From an uncultured virus (IMG/VR IMGVR_UViG_3300032046_001865) (lineage: Duplodnaviria; Heunggongvirae; Uroviricota; Caudoviricetes), in IMG/VR virus record IMGVR_UViG_3300032046_001865, positions 1 through 64,000 of that record: a stretch of DNA of 64,000 nt; one strand, given 5' to 3'. Below are positions 9,980-19,987 of the stretch, piece after piece. The notes under the pieces are model-generated. The model worked only from the letters and a program-made list of their open reading frames with translations, ran no database searches and was not told where the DNA came from. The position numbers and the translations under genes are program-made. Within the stretch, counting starts at the first letter, position 1. Every line of letters begins with the position of its first letter.

Positions 9980-10887
9980 CAGAGGTCCTTGAACATCTTA
10001 CGGTAAGGTTCCATTCCACCCTTAGAAATCTTAAAGCGTTCCACATCTGGGATGGTTGGAATTGCTTGTGAAACGTCGTCGGCGATCGCAGAATGATGAA
10101 GAACTTGTTCGGCAATGCCGACGGGTGTTGAAACGACAGGAAGACCAATCGCTCCTGCTTCAAGAAAAGCCTGAGGTCCACCTTCGTGCACGCTTGTGAC
10201 AGCGTACAGATCGGCACATTGGTAGAATTCGTTCAAGACTGGTTGTTCTGGTCGTTCGCGATACACATACGGGGTACCTGCAGCAGCGAGGCGGCCGCAA
10301 ATATATTGCCTTCTCCATCCTGCCAAAAGCACCAGTGAGTTTGGATCTTGTTGATGTCTCTTGATGAAGAAATCGGCTAAAGCCTCAGGACCCTTTTCAC
10401 GTTTTGGAGACTTTTCGTCGTGTCCTTCTGTATCGCGCTGAGCCGAGAAAACGATATTCGCGTTCAAAGGCAAATCATGCTTCGCTCTCAACACTTGAGA
10501 ATCAGCTGTGCGTCGCCACATAGCATCATTCACCCAATACGGAACCTGTCTTACGGGTTTGTCTGTCAGGATTTCCAGTTGAGCTTTTGCGCGCGCGTTG
10601 TACACGTGATACAAATCGACGTGCTTGTCGCGGTCCATAAATTCTTCTCGCTCGTCAACGCCAAACTTGGAAGGGACGAGGTGGTGGATCGTGACGACGA
10701 CCTTTTTGTTCGGCTTGTCTTTCAAAAGATGTTTTGGAATGACTCTCCATCTCCACTCTGAGAAAATCCAAATGATGTCAGCTTGCTCAGGTCGCATCAC
10801 CGATGACTTCGGGTTGTGTTTCAACCAATCGTTTGTCAAGGTGTCACAGATCCAGTTTTCATCAGCCGGCAACATATAGATCTTCAT
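9979..10887 (-). CDS. Glycosyltransferase, GT4
   Basis: KREKGPE, YQCADLYAVTSVHEGGPQAFLEAG..PVVSTPVG; start at ATG 10887. Confidence 0.85.
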   Translation of the reverse strand: MKIYMLPADENWICDTLTNDWLKHNPKSSVMRPEQADIIWIFSEWRWRVIPKHLLKDKPNKKVVVTIHHLVPSKFGVDEREEFMDRDKHVDLYHVYNARAKAQLEILTDKPVRQVPYWVNDAMWRRTADSQVLRAKHDLPLNANIVFSAQRDTEGHDEKSPKREKGPEALADFFIKRHQQDPNSLVLLAGWRRQYICGRLAAAGTPYVYRERPEQPVLNEFYQCADLYAVTSVHEGGPQAFLEAGAIGLPVVSTPVGIAEQVLHHSAIADDVSQAIPTIPDVERFKISKGGMEPYRKMFKDL

Positions 10888-11206
10888 TGAGCGAACCTCC
10901 ATTTGAGATTTTGGTGGTGAGGTCGTGTCCCTCGACAGACCGCACCTATGTGACCTTCGCAGTAGTCGTTCGTACGAGCAGCAACCCTAATCGAGGAGTA
11001 CGCGGCAACGAACACGTCGTCCATCGTGTAACAATCAACGCGACGACACCGTACTTGTTGATTGCTCGATGGAAATGGTATTGGCTTCCGGAACGAGCGA
11101 TCGACACATGTTTGCGCCAACGTTTTTCCATGCCTTTCGACGTCCATCCAATGTAGGATTTTCCGTTTACAAGACATGTGTGACAGTAAACAACAAACCC
11201 TTTCAT
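10884..11206 (-). pseudogene. GIY-YIG homing endonuclease remnant with internal deletion and frameshift
   Basis: VVYCHTCLVNGKSYIGWT..RWRKH..AINKYG in one frame; NUMOD1-like RVDCYTMDDVFVAAYSSIRVAA..VCRG..KWRFA in another. Confidence 0.75.
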
Positions 11207-11229
11207 GCCCGAAAGGCTAGTTTATCTGT

Positions 11230-11763
11230 ATGAACTTCTGCGAAAAATATACTTTGCTTCACCGCTTGATGACCGATCACAAACGCGAGAGCTTTGTGGA
11301 GACCGGAACGTACGAGGCCAAGATGAGTCTCAAGATGTCGGATCTGACCTCGAACGTACGATCGATCGAACTTAGCGAAAAGCTTCACAACGAAGCTCTC
11401 GTACAAGTCAAGAAAGCAAAGAAGGACGGCGTAATCACGCTCATCTTGGGGAACAGCGCCGAGCAGCTGCCGAAGGCTCTAGACGGGGCTTCTAAGCCGC
11501 TCGTGTGGCTCGACGCGCACTGGTCTGCTGGGAAAACTGTGCGCGACGATAGTGGCAGCGACACCCCTATTGTGGCAGAGCTTCACGCCTTGAAGGAATG
11601 GGGAGGAGACGCCGTTATCGCAATCGATGACCTCTGGTGCTTCAACGGCAAGAACGGGTACCCTACCTTTGAGAGACTACGCGAAATCGTTCGCGAGCTG
11701 TGGCCAACGGCAACGCTCACGCGAGTCGACGAGTGCGTCTGGTTCCAGGTCGATCCCGCTTAG
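11230..11763 (+). CDS. SAM-dependent methyltransferase-like protein
   Basis: FVETGTY, SIELS, GNSA, WLDAHWS, IDD. Confidence 0.72.
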   Translation: MNFCEKYTLLHRLMTDHKRESFVETGTYEAKMSLKMSDLTSNVRSIELSEKLHNEALVQVKKAKKDGVITLILGNSAEQLPKALDGASKPLVWLDAHWSAGKTVRDDSGSDTPIVAELHALKEWGGDAVIAIDDLWCFNGKNGYPTFERLREIVRELWPTATLTRVDECVWFQVDPA

Positions 11764-11767
11764 ACGT

Positions 11768-12538
11768 TCACGACGTCTTGTCAGCGACACGACCCTTGTT
11801 GCGCTTGACACGTAGCTCGTTCAACTCGGGATCCTCGGGATCTTCGGGACGCTTCTTGAACTGCGTAGAGGTGTACTCACTCTCCAATTCAGCCTCTGTC
11901 ATTGGGACGTAGTAGTACATCGCAAGGCTGCGTCGCGTCATGCCTTCGGGACAGGTCAACGGTTCGGGATGACCGTGGTTGGATTTCATGTCGGTGCGAA
12001 AGACGACGGTGCGGTTGAAGATCGGGAGCACCTTCGACACGCATTCCGTCATTTCCTTGTTCCAGAGTTCAAGGTTGCCGCCGTAACTTGCGTCCCAGTT
12101 CTCGTTGAGGTAGACGATCATGTTGAGCTTGCGGAAAGCCTTCATCGGGCGGTGGATGTTGAAATCCTCGTGCACATCTAGCTTGCCACCTGGCTTGATC
12201 TGGTGAAGGCCACCGCCGTTGAGCGTGTGGTCTGGGACAAGGTTCTCAAGCCCGGCAAGCCGGCCAAGCTGCGCGACAACATCAGACGAGTTAGCCTCGT
12301 CGAAGAACTCGCGAAACCCAACGTCGAGCTGTGACAGATCGTTGAAGGCGAACTTTCGCTCGAGCGGGTTGTCGTACTGCCACCACTTCTTCTCCTCAAC
12401 ACTTGGGTACTTCGGCACAAGCGACCGCAACGCTTCGGGATCGATCAGGTTGTCGACGACGACATGCGGGAACGGATGACCGTTGCGGAACGACTCGATC
12501 ATCAGGTTGGTGTCGATGCGTTTGGTGAAGAACTTCAT
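11768..12538 (-). CDS. 2OG-Fe(II) oxygenase
   Basis: PFPHVVVDN, GGLH..LDVHEDFN, YLN..GGNLELW, HGHP, RRSLA. Confidence 0.87.
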   Translation of the reverse strand: MKFFTKRIDTNLMIESFRNGHPFPHVVVDNLIDPEALRSLVPKYPSVEEKKWWQYDNPLERKFAFNDLSQLDVGFREFFDEANSSDVVAQLGRLAGLENLVPDHTLNGGGLHQIKPGGKLDVHEDFNIHRPMKAFRKLNMIVYLNENWDASYGGNLELWNKEMTECVSKVLPIFNRTVVFRTDMKSNHGHPEPLTCPEGMTRRSLAMYYYVPMTEAELESEYTSTQFKKRPEDPEDPELNELRVKRNKGRVADKTS

Positions 12539-12717
12539 GACTTGTATCCTGAGCACTCGAGAGCTTCGTCTGTGAACGGCGCGTACGTCAATCCTTGATC
12601 GTCAAGTGTAACCAGCAAAACCCATTCGTTTTCGCGAAGCGTGGCGGGCATCTCGCATCGCGAGCACACATGTGTGTTGGAGTTGCGTTGCTCCTTCTGT
12701 CTGAAGTCGTGCTTCAT
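12535..12717 (-). CDS. Small hypothetical protein (CxxC)
   Basis: Overlap-coupled 60-aa ORF. Confidence 0.5.
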   Translation of the reverse strand: MKHDFRQKEQRNSNTHVCSRCEMPATLRENEWVLLVTLDDQGLTYAPFTDEALECSGYKS

Positions 12718-13151
12718 GGCTTGTACTTCTCGTTCCAGGCGTTGAGAACATGTCGATAGACCAACATGTTCGGGCGGTACTGTGGGTTGCCGAAGATCGG
12801 CGCGTCGCTGCCATTGAGCACGAGGTGAAGCGCCGCGGCAACTGCGGCCGACCGACTCTTCCCAGCAGTGCAGTGAATCACAATCTGTTGAGCGTTGGGA
12901 TGTTCCAAGACAAGATCAACGATGCGTTCTCCATCTCCAGGTTGAGCGAGCGGACAGCTTTCTTGAGTCTGTCCTGGGGCGTGCTGATCCAGATCCCAAA
13001 AGAAAAGGTTAAGCCTGCCAAGGGTATGCTCATTTGTCTTGATGTTAGCTGGCTCTTCACCCGGGCAGTTGATGGAGACAATGATGTGCGGGACGTCTGA
13101 TAGATCCATCGCCTCGATGAGGGGACGACTACAGACTTGGATGTCGATCAT
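12714..13151 (-). CDS. Protein-tyrosine/dual-specificity phosphatase-like protein
   Basis: HCTAGKSRS (CX5R) and PN motif. Confidence 0.85.
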   Translation of the reverse strand: MIDIQVCSRPLIEAMDLSDVPHIIVSINCPGEEPANIKTNEHTLGRLNLFFWDLDQHAPGQTQESCPLAQPGDGERIVDLVLEHPNAQQIVIHCTAGKSRSAAVAAALHLVLNGSDAPIFGNPQYRPNMLVYRHVLNAWNEKYKP

Positions 13152-13294
13152 GACATCCCCGAACTCTTACGCTTGAAGTAAAATTCATGCTCGTGTACAC
13201 CAACAAGCTCCCAACCTTGAGCTCCAAGTTTGTTGAGAATCTCACATCTTAACGAGTAGACAGAGATGCTCGCAACATGGTATTCCCACTTCAT
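13148..13294 (-). CDS. Small DUF4177-like protein
   Basis: Manual translation MKWEYH..LNKLGAQGWELVGV..YFKR; ATGA overlaps at both ends. Confidence 0.7.
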   Translation of the reverse strand: MKWEYHVASISVYSLRCEILNKLGAQGWELVGVHEHEFYFKRKSSGMS

Positions 13295-14262
13295 GGCCCA
13301 ACCATGTCGTGAATCCAGTTAAATGTTGTCTCTAGACCTTCGATGAGTTTCTTCTTTGGCCGCCAGCCGAGCACCTGGTCGATGAGCAGGTTGTCGCTGC
13401 AACGACCTCTGACGCCTTGAGGACCCTTGACATGCTTGACGGTGAGCTTCTTGCCCGAGATCTTGATGACCATGTCAGCGAGTTGGTTGATCGTCACCAT
13501 CTCGTCGGAGCCGATGTTCAACGGCTCTGTGTAGTCAGAACGCATGAGGCGAAGCACGCCTTCGACACATTCATCGACGTGGAGGAAGCTGCGAGTCTGC
13601 TTGCCGTCTCCCCACACCTTGATCTCGCCGCCGTCCTTCGCTTGCGCGACCTTACGACACATGGCAGCGGGAGCCTTCTCACGACCGCCGTCGTACGTGC
13701 CGAACTCGCCGAAGATGTTGTGGAACCTGGCGATGCGTACGTCGACACCCTTGTTGCGTTGGTACGCCTTGTACAGACGCTCGCTGAACAGCTTCTCCCA
13801 GCCGTACTCGGAGTCCGGAGCGGCGGGGTAAGCGGAGGCCTCGGAGCACACCGGGTTGTTAGGATCAAGCTGGTTGCGCTCGGGGTAAATGCACGCCGAG
13901 GACGAGTAAAAGATCTTTGGCTTGACATTGAGAGCGGAGACTCCGTCGAGAACGTTCAAGTTGATGGTCGCCGAGTTGTGCATGATGTCAGCGTCGTTCG
14001 CGCCGCAGAATACGAACCCGGCTCCTCCCATGTCAGCTGCCAATTGAAAGATCATGTCGAATCCTCCCGCGACGATCGCCTTCGCAAAGTACGGATCGCG
14101 TAGGTCGTCGCGAATGAACGTCTCACCTTGACTGATCTCACGAAACTCCGGCTGCTTGATGTCAACCGTCGTGATGTGATACCCGTCTTTGATGAGACGA
14201 CGTGTAAGATGTCCACCAATGAACCCGCCGCCGCCTAGAACAAGCGCTCGTTGTTTACCCAT
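13291..14262 (-). CDS. GDP-mannose 3,5-epimerase-like SDR
   Basis: GGGGFIG, LAADMGGAGF, SSACIYP, YGWEKL, GGREKAPAAMCRK, GVRGR. Confidence 0.88.
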   Translation of the reverse strand: MGKQRALVLGGGGFIGGHLTRRLIKDGYHITTVDIKQPEFREISQGETFIRDDLRDPYFAKAIVAGGFDMIFQLAADMGGAGFVFCGANDADIMHNSATINLNVLDGVSALNVKPKIFYSSSACIYPERNQLDPNNPVCSEASAYPAAPDSEYGWEKLFSERLYKAYQRNKGVDVRIARFHNIFGEFGTYDGGREKAPAAMCRKVAQAKDGGEIKVWGDGKQTRSFLHVDECVEGVLRLMRSDYTEPLNIGSDEMVTINQLADMVIKISGKKLTVKHVKGPQGVRGRCSDNLLIDQVLGWRPKKKLIEGLETTFNWIHDMVGP

Positions 14263-14263
14263 G

Positions 14264-15055
14264 TTATCGCAGAAGGTAAGCTGCCTCAGTCAGCACCCGA
14301 TCCTTCGTTTTCTCGTGGCAGTGATGCATGATCCATGGATAGCTCTCCAGGATCGGCACCTTGTTGACGTGCAGGAAGTAGTTGACCGCCGTCTGTTCGG
14401 CGCAGCTCCATACCTTCGTCTTCTTGCCCGGCGCGTCCGGGAAATGAGACACGTCCGTGACGTCGACCGCGATGAGCTTCTCGCAGTACCCAACGATGTC
14501 GCCTGCGTTCGCCTGGTACTCCTTTGTCAAGCCAAGCGTGCCCATGTTGAAGATGGGGAAGTCCTCGGTGCCAAGCCCCTCACGTGCCGCCTTGCGTTCA
14601 CCCCAGTACTCACGTCCACCTGAGCACATCCTCTCTCGTTTCCAGGCGATGGCCCCACGGTGAGCGAGGAGGTCATCGATCGGCTTCAGGCATGTCAGGT
14701 CGTTGTCGAGCTTCAATGCGTCGTGACGGCCATCGTGGTTCATCTCCACGATCTTGACGAGCGGCCAAAAGGAGTACCAATGCGATTGCCACTCACGGAT
14801 CTCCTTCGTTAGATCGACGGTGTCGAGGTAGTCGAGCGACACGTTGTACGCCTTCAACTTGTCAAGGATGAGTCCGCAGTCGTCTGTGAAGACGCGGTAG
14901 AGCATCTTTGGGTTGTGGTGCAGGAACGTTGCGATGGATGCGGCCGTGTACGAGAAGATGTAGTCCTTGTTCTTGTACACCTCACTCGCCCAGTGACGAC
15001 CGGAGTCGGTCACAGTCTTGAGGTTGTAATCAAACACCAGCGAGTAGACTGTCAC
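14264..15055 (-). CDS. Putative glycosyltransferase, GT-A (GT8-like)
   Basis: FTDD, LDND, FNMG, AEQ, HH; start moved to GTG 15055. Confidence 0.6.
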   Translation of the reverse strand: MTVYSLVFDYNLKTVTDSGRHWASEVYKNKDYIFSYTAASIATFLHHNPKMLYRVFTDDCGLILDKLKAYNVSLDYLDTVDLTKEIREWQSHWYSFWPLVKIVEMNHDGRHDALKLDNDLTCLKPIDDLLAHRGAIAWKRERMCSGGREYWGERKAAREGLGTEDFPIFNMGTLGLTKEYQANAGDIVGYCEKLIAVDVTDVSHFPDAPGKKTKVWSCAEQTAVNYFLHVNKVPILESYPWIMHHCHEKTKDRVLTEAAYLLR

Positions 15056-15309
15056 TTCACGTTCTCCTCGGGTTTGTGAAGGCTGCTGACGATCGTTCCG
15101 ACAAACGCGCCAACCATTGCGGGGATCAGCATCCAATGATTTGAGATGTACTCGATCGTTGTGAACCCGCCGGCGAACACGATGATGGACGACCACACCG
15201 CAGCGCGGAGCATCTTGGTGGTCGCCAGCGAACGGATGTAAACCGACCACGCGTAATCGACAAACGCTGTGGCAGCAAAGACGAGAAATCCCTGGAGGTA
15301 GATGTTCAT
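15052..15309 (-). CDS. Small membrane protein (~3 TM helices)
   Basis: Hydrophobic segments; overlap-coupled. Confidence 0.65.
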   Translation of the reverse strand: MNIYLQGFLVFAATAFVDYAWSVYIRSLATTKMLRAAVWSSIIVFAGGFTTIEYISNHWMLIPAMVGAFVGTIVSSLHKPEENVK

Positions 15310-15977
15310 TGAGCACCCGACGTTTTTCGTGGGATCGTCTTCTTTACGAAGAGCCCATCGCCCCAGTTGTATTTCGTCATCGTCTTTTCACGCAGCTCGA
15401 ACCCTCGCGTCTCGAGGTACTCGGTCAGTTCAGACAAGAGGACGCCTCCTTTGTAGAGCTCCACCTCGTTGATCTCTGCCATGATGTAGTCGAACCCGTC
15501 GATCAGGTCACCCATCCCCTTGATCACACGGAGTTCTGCACCTTGAACGTCAATGTTCAAGAAGTTGAACGCTGAGATCTGGATGCCTTTGTCTCTCACA
15601 AAGGTGTCTAGACGTCGACACGGGACCTTGATCACCTCTTGCAACGTCACGTGTGGGTAGTACTCGAGATGCTTGCCCAACGGGAGGATTGACGACGATC
15701 CGTTCTCGCCGCGGTGGTTCTTCGTGACGTTGAACGTTGTTGTCCCGTCAACGTCAGTGAGCGCGTAGTTGAACGCTTGGTGACCAGGGATGCTCTTGAC
15801 ATTTTCCTGCAGCTTCGCGAAAGTGGATGGAAGAGCTTCAAACCACATGACGTTGGGGATCTTGTGTAACGTGTACTCTTTCCTCTCACCTCCGTCGTAG
15901 GCTCCGACGTGGACGATCCCTCGAAATGCAACGGTGGGGTTGTACTCGTTGTAGACGTTGTCAAAATTCAGAAGCAT
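15306..15977 (-). CDS. FkbM-family methyltransferase
   Basis: HVGAYDG, FEAL, SSSIL, IDVQGAELRV. Confidence 0.88.
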   Translation of the reverse strand: MLLNFDNVYNEYNPTVAFRGIVHVGAYDGGERKEYTLHKIPNVMWFEALPSTFAKLQENVKSIPGHQAFNYALTDVDGTTTFNVTKNHRGENGSSSILPLGKHLEYYPHVTLQEVIKVPCRRLDTFVRDKGIQISAFNFLNIDVQGAELRVIKGMGDLIDGFDYIMAEINEVELYKGGVLLSELTEYLETRGFELREKTMTKYNWGDGLFVKKTIPRKTSGAQ

Positions 15978-16882
15978 TGGAGCCTTTCACGGAGATTGTA
16001 GAATTCCTTCACGATTCTATCAACGTGAAACAGCTTTCCACGTTCGAAAGCCTGAATTGACATGTTGCGTCGACGACGTGTGTTCGTGAGGATCGCGTCT
16101 AACTCTGTCAACATGACCTCTGCGTTCTCGGCGAACTCAAATCCGCAACCTGGATCTGCGGTACCCCACTCTTTGTAACTCTCGTACGGTGTGACGACCG
16201 ATGGGATCCCGTACGCCTGGAAGTTCGTGAGTTTTGTGTTTGGCTTGTAACGCTTCATCAACTCAACGACACGTGGTCGCATGCTTGCGTCTGACTCGGC
16301 AAAGACAACGCCGACGTCAAGGCTGCGGAACACTTCGTCACACTCCTCGCGTGTGTTCGGGTGAACGGAGACGAACTCTACGTTGTGTTTCGTGCATAAA
16401 ACCCTGAAATCATCCTGTCTACTCAGTTGCTCTGGCAGGCCAACGTAGCCAACACGCTTCGGCACGTCACGAAAGGTGTTCGGTGTGTTCGCGAAGTTCG
16501 TCGAGTGGTGAGGGATGATGAGGATCTGGTTGGTCGTGAATATCGACACGTCAGCTTGTTCGGCTGCGTTGTTCACGATGAAGAAGTCGCATTCGGGGTG
16601 CACGAAGTCACGCAGGTCGTTCACGTCCTTATTACGAAAGACGGCGTCGCCGACCGGCGCATCCGCCACCTCGTAGCCGACCGTCTTGCCGGCATCCTTC
16701 AACCGTCTGGCCAGGTTCGGATCGTACGTCCTCACGAAGAGGATGATGTTGTTTGCCGCGAGCGCGCTCGGGTCGGGGTTGTGGACGTCGGTGAAGCGCG
16801 CGGTCCCACCAATGGCGTCCGCGACCTGTCCGCCGCGGATGATGCCGCTGGTGCGGCTCGGCATGCCGAGGAAGGTGATCAT
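15968..16882 (-). CDS. Putative glycosyltransferase, GT-B
   Basis: SGIIRG, VGYVG, KPNTKLTNFQAYGIPSV. Confidence 0.7.
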   Translation of the reverse strand: MITFLGMPSRTSGIIRGGQVADAIGGTARFTDVHNPDPSALAANNIILFVRTYDPNLARRLKDAGKTVGYEVADAPVGDAVFRNKDVNDLRDFVHPECDFFIVNNAAEQADVSIFTTNQILIIPHHSTNFANTPNTFRDVPKRVGYVGLPEQLSRQDDFRVLCTKHNVEFVSVHPNTREECDEVFRSLDVGVVFAESDASMRPRVVELMKRYKPNTKLTNFQAYGIPSVVTPYESYKEWGTADPGCGFEFAENAEVMLTELDAILTNTRRRRNMSIQAFERGKLFHVDRIVKEFYNLRERLQCF

Positions 16883-17637
16883 CGGACGCGCACGCCGCGC
16901 ACGTTCACGTTGACGTTGTACTTCACGACGAGCTCCTTCATGATCTCAGGGTACTGATCCATGTTCCACTTTCCGCGGTTGATTCCGGTGCAGACATACG
17001 GCCACACCCTTGAGTCGTAATGGAACGCACCGATCTGCGGTTCGCCGTTCCACATAAACGTCCCTTTGATACCGACCTGACGTGCCCCCACGTTCCAATG
17101 TTCGGCTTCGAGCCACTTTTCAGATCCAACATGTGTGTACAACATTCGCATGCGACTCTTCTTCCACATCGTGGCTTGCATGCTGAACGCATCTTGTGTT
17201 GCCATGTCGACCTCGAAGAAGTTGTCCTTGACGTGTTCCTTGAGCGGCGTCTGGTAGCCGCAACGGATGAGTCGCACGTAGTCGTAGTTGCTACTCTCCA
17301 GAAAGTCACGCGCCTTCTGCAACATGTCATGGTTGACGTTGGCGTAAAGGAAGAAGTCCTCTTGGCAGTAGATGACGTAATCTTCAGTGATCTGATCGAG
17401 CGCGTTGACGTACTGAACAAAGTACTTGTCCGCATCATTGTGCTCGATCAACTGATGCTCCTTGAAGTCGTAGGCCTTTCCAGACCCTCGATCTGAGAGC
17501 ACGTAGCTCTTCAAACCGCCAAGATACTCGCTCAGCTGGCCGAAGTACATCGGCCACACGTCAGCGTACTTGGACGTGGTGTAGGTGACGCAGGCGACGT
17601 CAGCGAGCGAAGACGGTGTTGAGGATCTGTTGAGCAC
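16879..17637 (-). CDS. Putative glycosyltransferase, GT-A
   Basis: YTTSKYADVW, YVIYCQEDFFL, QATMWKK; start uncertain (GTG 17637). Confidence 0.6.
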   Translation of the reverse strand: MLNRSSTPSSLADVACVTYTTSKYADVWPMYFGQLSEYLGGLKSYVLSDRGSGKAYDFKEHQLIEHNDADKYFVQYVNALDQITEDYVIYCQEDFFLYANVNHDMLQKARDFLESSNYDYVRLIRCGYQTPLKEHVKDNFFEVDMATQDAFSMQATMWKKSRMRMLYTHVGSEKWLEAEHWNVGARQVGIKGTFMWNGEPQIGAFHYDSRVWPYVCTGINRGKWNMDQYPEIMKELVVKYNVNVNVRGVRVR

Positions 17638-18562
17638 GGTTCTTGGCCGTATGGTAGCACATCGCATGCTCCAGACCACGCTCTCCAATGAGCTCGGGGT
17701 TGGCGTCATTGAAGACAAGGTGATGGATGCTCTTTGACAGCTCGTCTGGGGTGGACCACGACACCGCATGCTCGAAGTCCAAGAACGGGTGTGGGAACTC
17801 GACGTTGTACCGTTGATACAAGACGCACGCGCGCGCCCCCACGGCTTCCCAGAATCGGTCACACGTGTCGCCACCGCCCCACGCATCCACAACGATCCGC
17901 GCGCGTCTCAGGTGGTCCTTGTACTCACTCGATGACAGGTCACTGCGCACAACGATGTTTAGTTTGTGTGACGCGTCGGTTGTGTCACGAAAGTTTTGGA
18001 CGACCTCGATGGCCTCCTTTCGCATGCCGGTCTTTGTGTGACCGAGTGAGCAGAGCACGTCGATGTCCTTCTCGCCTGTCATCACTACGTGACGATCGCA
18101 CATTGCGAACGGGAACGGGACGACGTCGCGTGCAAGGTCTTGTGCGTATGTCTCGCGTTTGAAGTAGTGACCGCAGCGCTTGAGCATCTCCTCGTCAAGC
18201 CACGGCTCACCGCGACGACGCGACGGGTTGGTCAACGAAGCCGCGGCCTGATCGCCCGACTCCCACCCGGTGGCGGACCACTCGGATCCGTCGATATACA
18301 CCGTTCGATCGCGTGGGAAATCGGAGTCAGCGACGAAGTAACGACGAGGAGGTCGGTTGCCTCGCACCTTGCCGAAGAAGCAAAGCAGCAAGTCACTACT
18401 CTTCAATTCCTCACGGAAGGAGCCGTCGATCAGAGAATGCTTGCAGAATCCATTGCCAGGATCAGAGACAACGAGCTGGTGTCCAAGTTCAGACAGTCCC
18501 TCAAGAACCATCTCGCACAAGTAATCGCGTTTGTTGTCAGGCGTTATGCAAGCGATCTTCAT
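17600..18562 (-). CDS. Glycosyltransferase (GT-B, CgeB-like C-terminus)
   Basis: YIDGSE, YFKRE, DIDV, GGGDTCDRFWEAVG. Confidence 0.72.
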   Translation of the reverse strand: MKIACITPDNKRDYLCEMVLEGLSELGHQLVVSDPGNGFCKHSLIDGSFREELKSSDLLLCFFGKVRGNRPPRRYFVADSDFPRDRTVYIDGSEWSATGWESGDQAAASLTNPSRRRGEPWLDEEMLKRCGHYFKRETYAQDLARDVVPFPFAMCDRHVVMTGEKDIDVLCSLGHTKTGMRKEAIEVVQNFRDTTDASHKLNIVVRSDLSSSEYKDHLRRARIVVDAWGGGDTCDRFWEAVGARACVLYQRYNVEFPHPFLDFEHAVSWSTPDELSKSIHHLVFNDANPELIGERGLEHAMCYHTAKNRAQQILNTVFAR

Positions 18563-19563
18563 GTTGTCATCCTCACGATGACATCGAGGTACTTCTTGCA
18601 CATCGTGTCTGCGCTTAAGTCAGCGGTGAATGCTCTTCTGCTGTACGTCACGTAGTCATCTTTGATGGTCTCGAGCGCGTCCTGAAACCCTTTGACGCCG
18701 CCTACAAGCTCCTCACCGTAGCGCTGACACATCTCAACCACGCCTCCGCCATCACCGTGGAAGATCACAGGCAAACCGCAAGCTGCGCCTTCAACATGGT
18801 GAGAACCACACGCCTCCCAACGCGCGCCTGTCACGTAGACGTCGTGTTTACGCAACTCATCACCAAGTTCAATGCCGTACAACGGAGCGATGATCTTGAT
18901 GTGTTTTGGAATGTGTCCGGCAGGGTAGCGTCCGATGTACGTGAATTCAAAAGCGCCGCCAACATCAATCAACTCATCGATGTGTTCGTAGAGGTCAACA
19001 CCTTTTGATGGGTTATTTGACCAATGATGCGTGACGAGACGGATCGGAGCATGTGGCTTGTTGAAGCCAGGTGGAAAAAATGTCTTTCCATCGCTGCCAG
19101 AACGTATCCGTTGCCATTCGGTCGATGTCCACCTACCAGCGTGAAAATACCTTTCATCACAGCCGTTGGTGATGACACACACGTTGCTGTGACTCGGTCG
19201 CATGTCCTTGCTCGCGTAGTAGTCGGCAACCCAACTAGAGATGAAGACGGTCGCGTCTGCCACAGCGTTCGAACCCATGATGATGCGATCAAGCTCATCT
19301 CCACCGCGCGTCTTGCCGGTGTCGTTGACACGGTGAAGCACTTTGACGTTCGGGTTGGATTGCTTGTAACGCGCGATGTCACCAGCGGAGAACCCACCAT
19401 CCTCATGACGAGGATCAAGCATGACGATCGCGTGGATCCCAGGTTCAAGCGTGTACACAACTTGATGCCCGATTGTTGTCAGGTAGTCGGCGAACGTGGT
19501 CGCAAAATGCGCACCTCCACCCCAAGGCGTACGACGTGGCATCCTGTTGAAAGCGATCTTCAT
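18559..19563 (-). CDS. Glycosyltransferase, GT4
   Basis: WGGG, ADATVFIS, NG, KG, EACGSHHVEGAACGLPV. Confidence 0.85.
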   Translation of the reverse strand: MKIAFNRMPRRTPWGGGAHFATTFADYLTTIGHQVVYTLEPGIHAIVMLDPRHEDGGFSAGDIARYKQSNPNVKVLHRVNDTGKTRGGDELDRIIMGSNAVADATVFISSWVADYYASKDMRPSHSNVCVITNGCDERYFHAGRWTSTEWQRIRSGSDGKTFFPPGFNKPHAPIRLVTHHWSNNPSKGVDLYEHIDELIDVGGAFEFTYIGRYPAGHIPKHIKIIAPLYGIELGDELRKHDVYVTGARWEACGSHHVEGAACGLPVIFHGDGGGVVEMCQRYGEELVGGVKGFQDALETIKDDYVTYSRRAFTADLSADTMCKKYLDVIVRMTT

Positions 19564-19742
19564 GCTGCCAATCTCTCAACGAGAGCGTTGAAAAGAGTGA
19601 TTTGCTGCTCACGTGAGAGCCTATTCAACTTCTTCATGAAGCCGTCGAACTCCATGCTGAGCATTCGAGTCGCGTGACGATCACGCACGGCGAGAAAGTC
19701 GGCTTCGAGCTTAGCAGCGCCTGACTCGTAATCGTCGTTCAC
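19560..19742 (-). CDS. Small hypothetical protein
   Basis: Overlap-coupled ORF. Confidence 0.5.
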   Translation of the reverse strand: MNDDYESGAAKLEADFLAVRDRHATRMLSMEFDGFMKKLNRLSREQQITLFNALVERLAA

Positions 19743-19975
19743 CCTTTGCTCCCGATCGGGTCGTTCCCGTAGCTGTTACGCTCGTGGATCAGGCCATCCT
19801 TGCTGTGGATGAAGTGCTCACCCTTGTTGAGCATGGCACGCTCTCGACCAGCTGCCTTCGCTTCCTTCTTCGTCTTGTGAACAGGCCCGAACTGCACGTC
19901 ATCTTCGGTGTTGACGTACCCGTTCTTACGGTTCCCTGACGTGTGAACTGCTTTTCCACTGGTGATCTCTGTCAT
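19739..19975 (-). CDS. DUF2188-like protein
   Basis: TKKEA..GR..IHSKDG.I.ERNSYGNDP. Confidence 0.75.
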   Translation of the reverse strand: MTEITSGKAVHTSGNRKNGYVNTEDDVQFGPVHKTKKEAKAAGRERAMLNKGEHFIHSKDGLIHERNSYGNDPIGSKG

Positions 19976-19987
19976 GTTTGTCTCTTT

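Noticed and set aside
13417..14103. Long antisense ORFs (here and e.g. 1893-2687, 19024-19677, 20297-20935, 43638-44354)
   Set aside because: They lie opposite well-supported genes and are expected from codon bias; no motifs
14264..15316. N-terminal extensions in track ORFs (also 53327-54214, 54309-55373, 40746-44660)
   Set aside because: The extensions overlap real upstream genes; GTGA/ATGA-coupled internal starts fit better
16879..17892. Possible frameshift fusion of the GTs at 17600 and 16879
   Set aside because: An in-frame GTG at 17637 gives an ordinary short overlap; no slippery sequence seen
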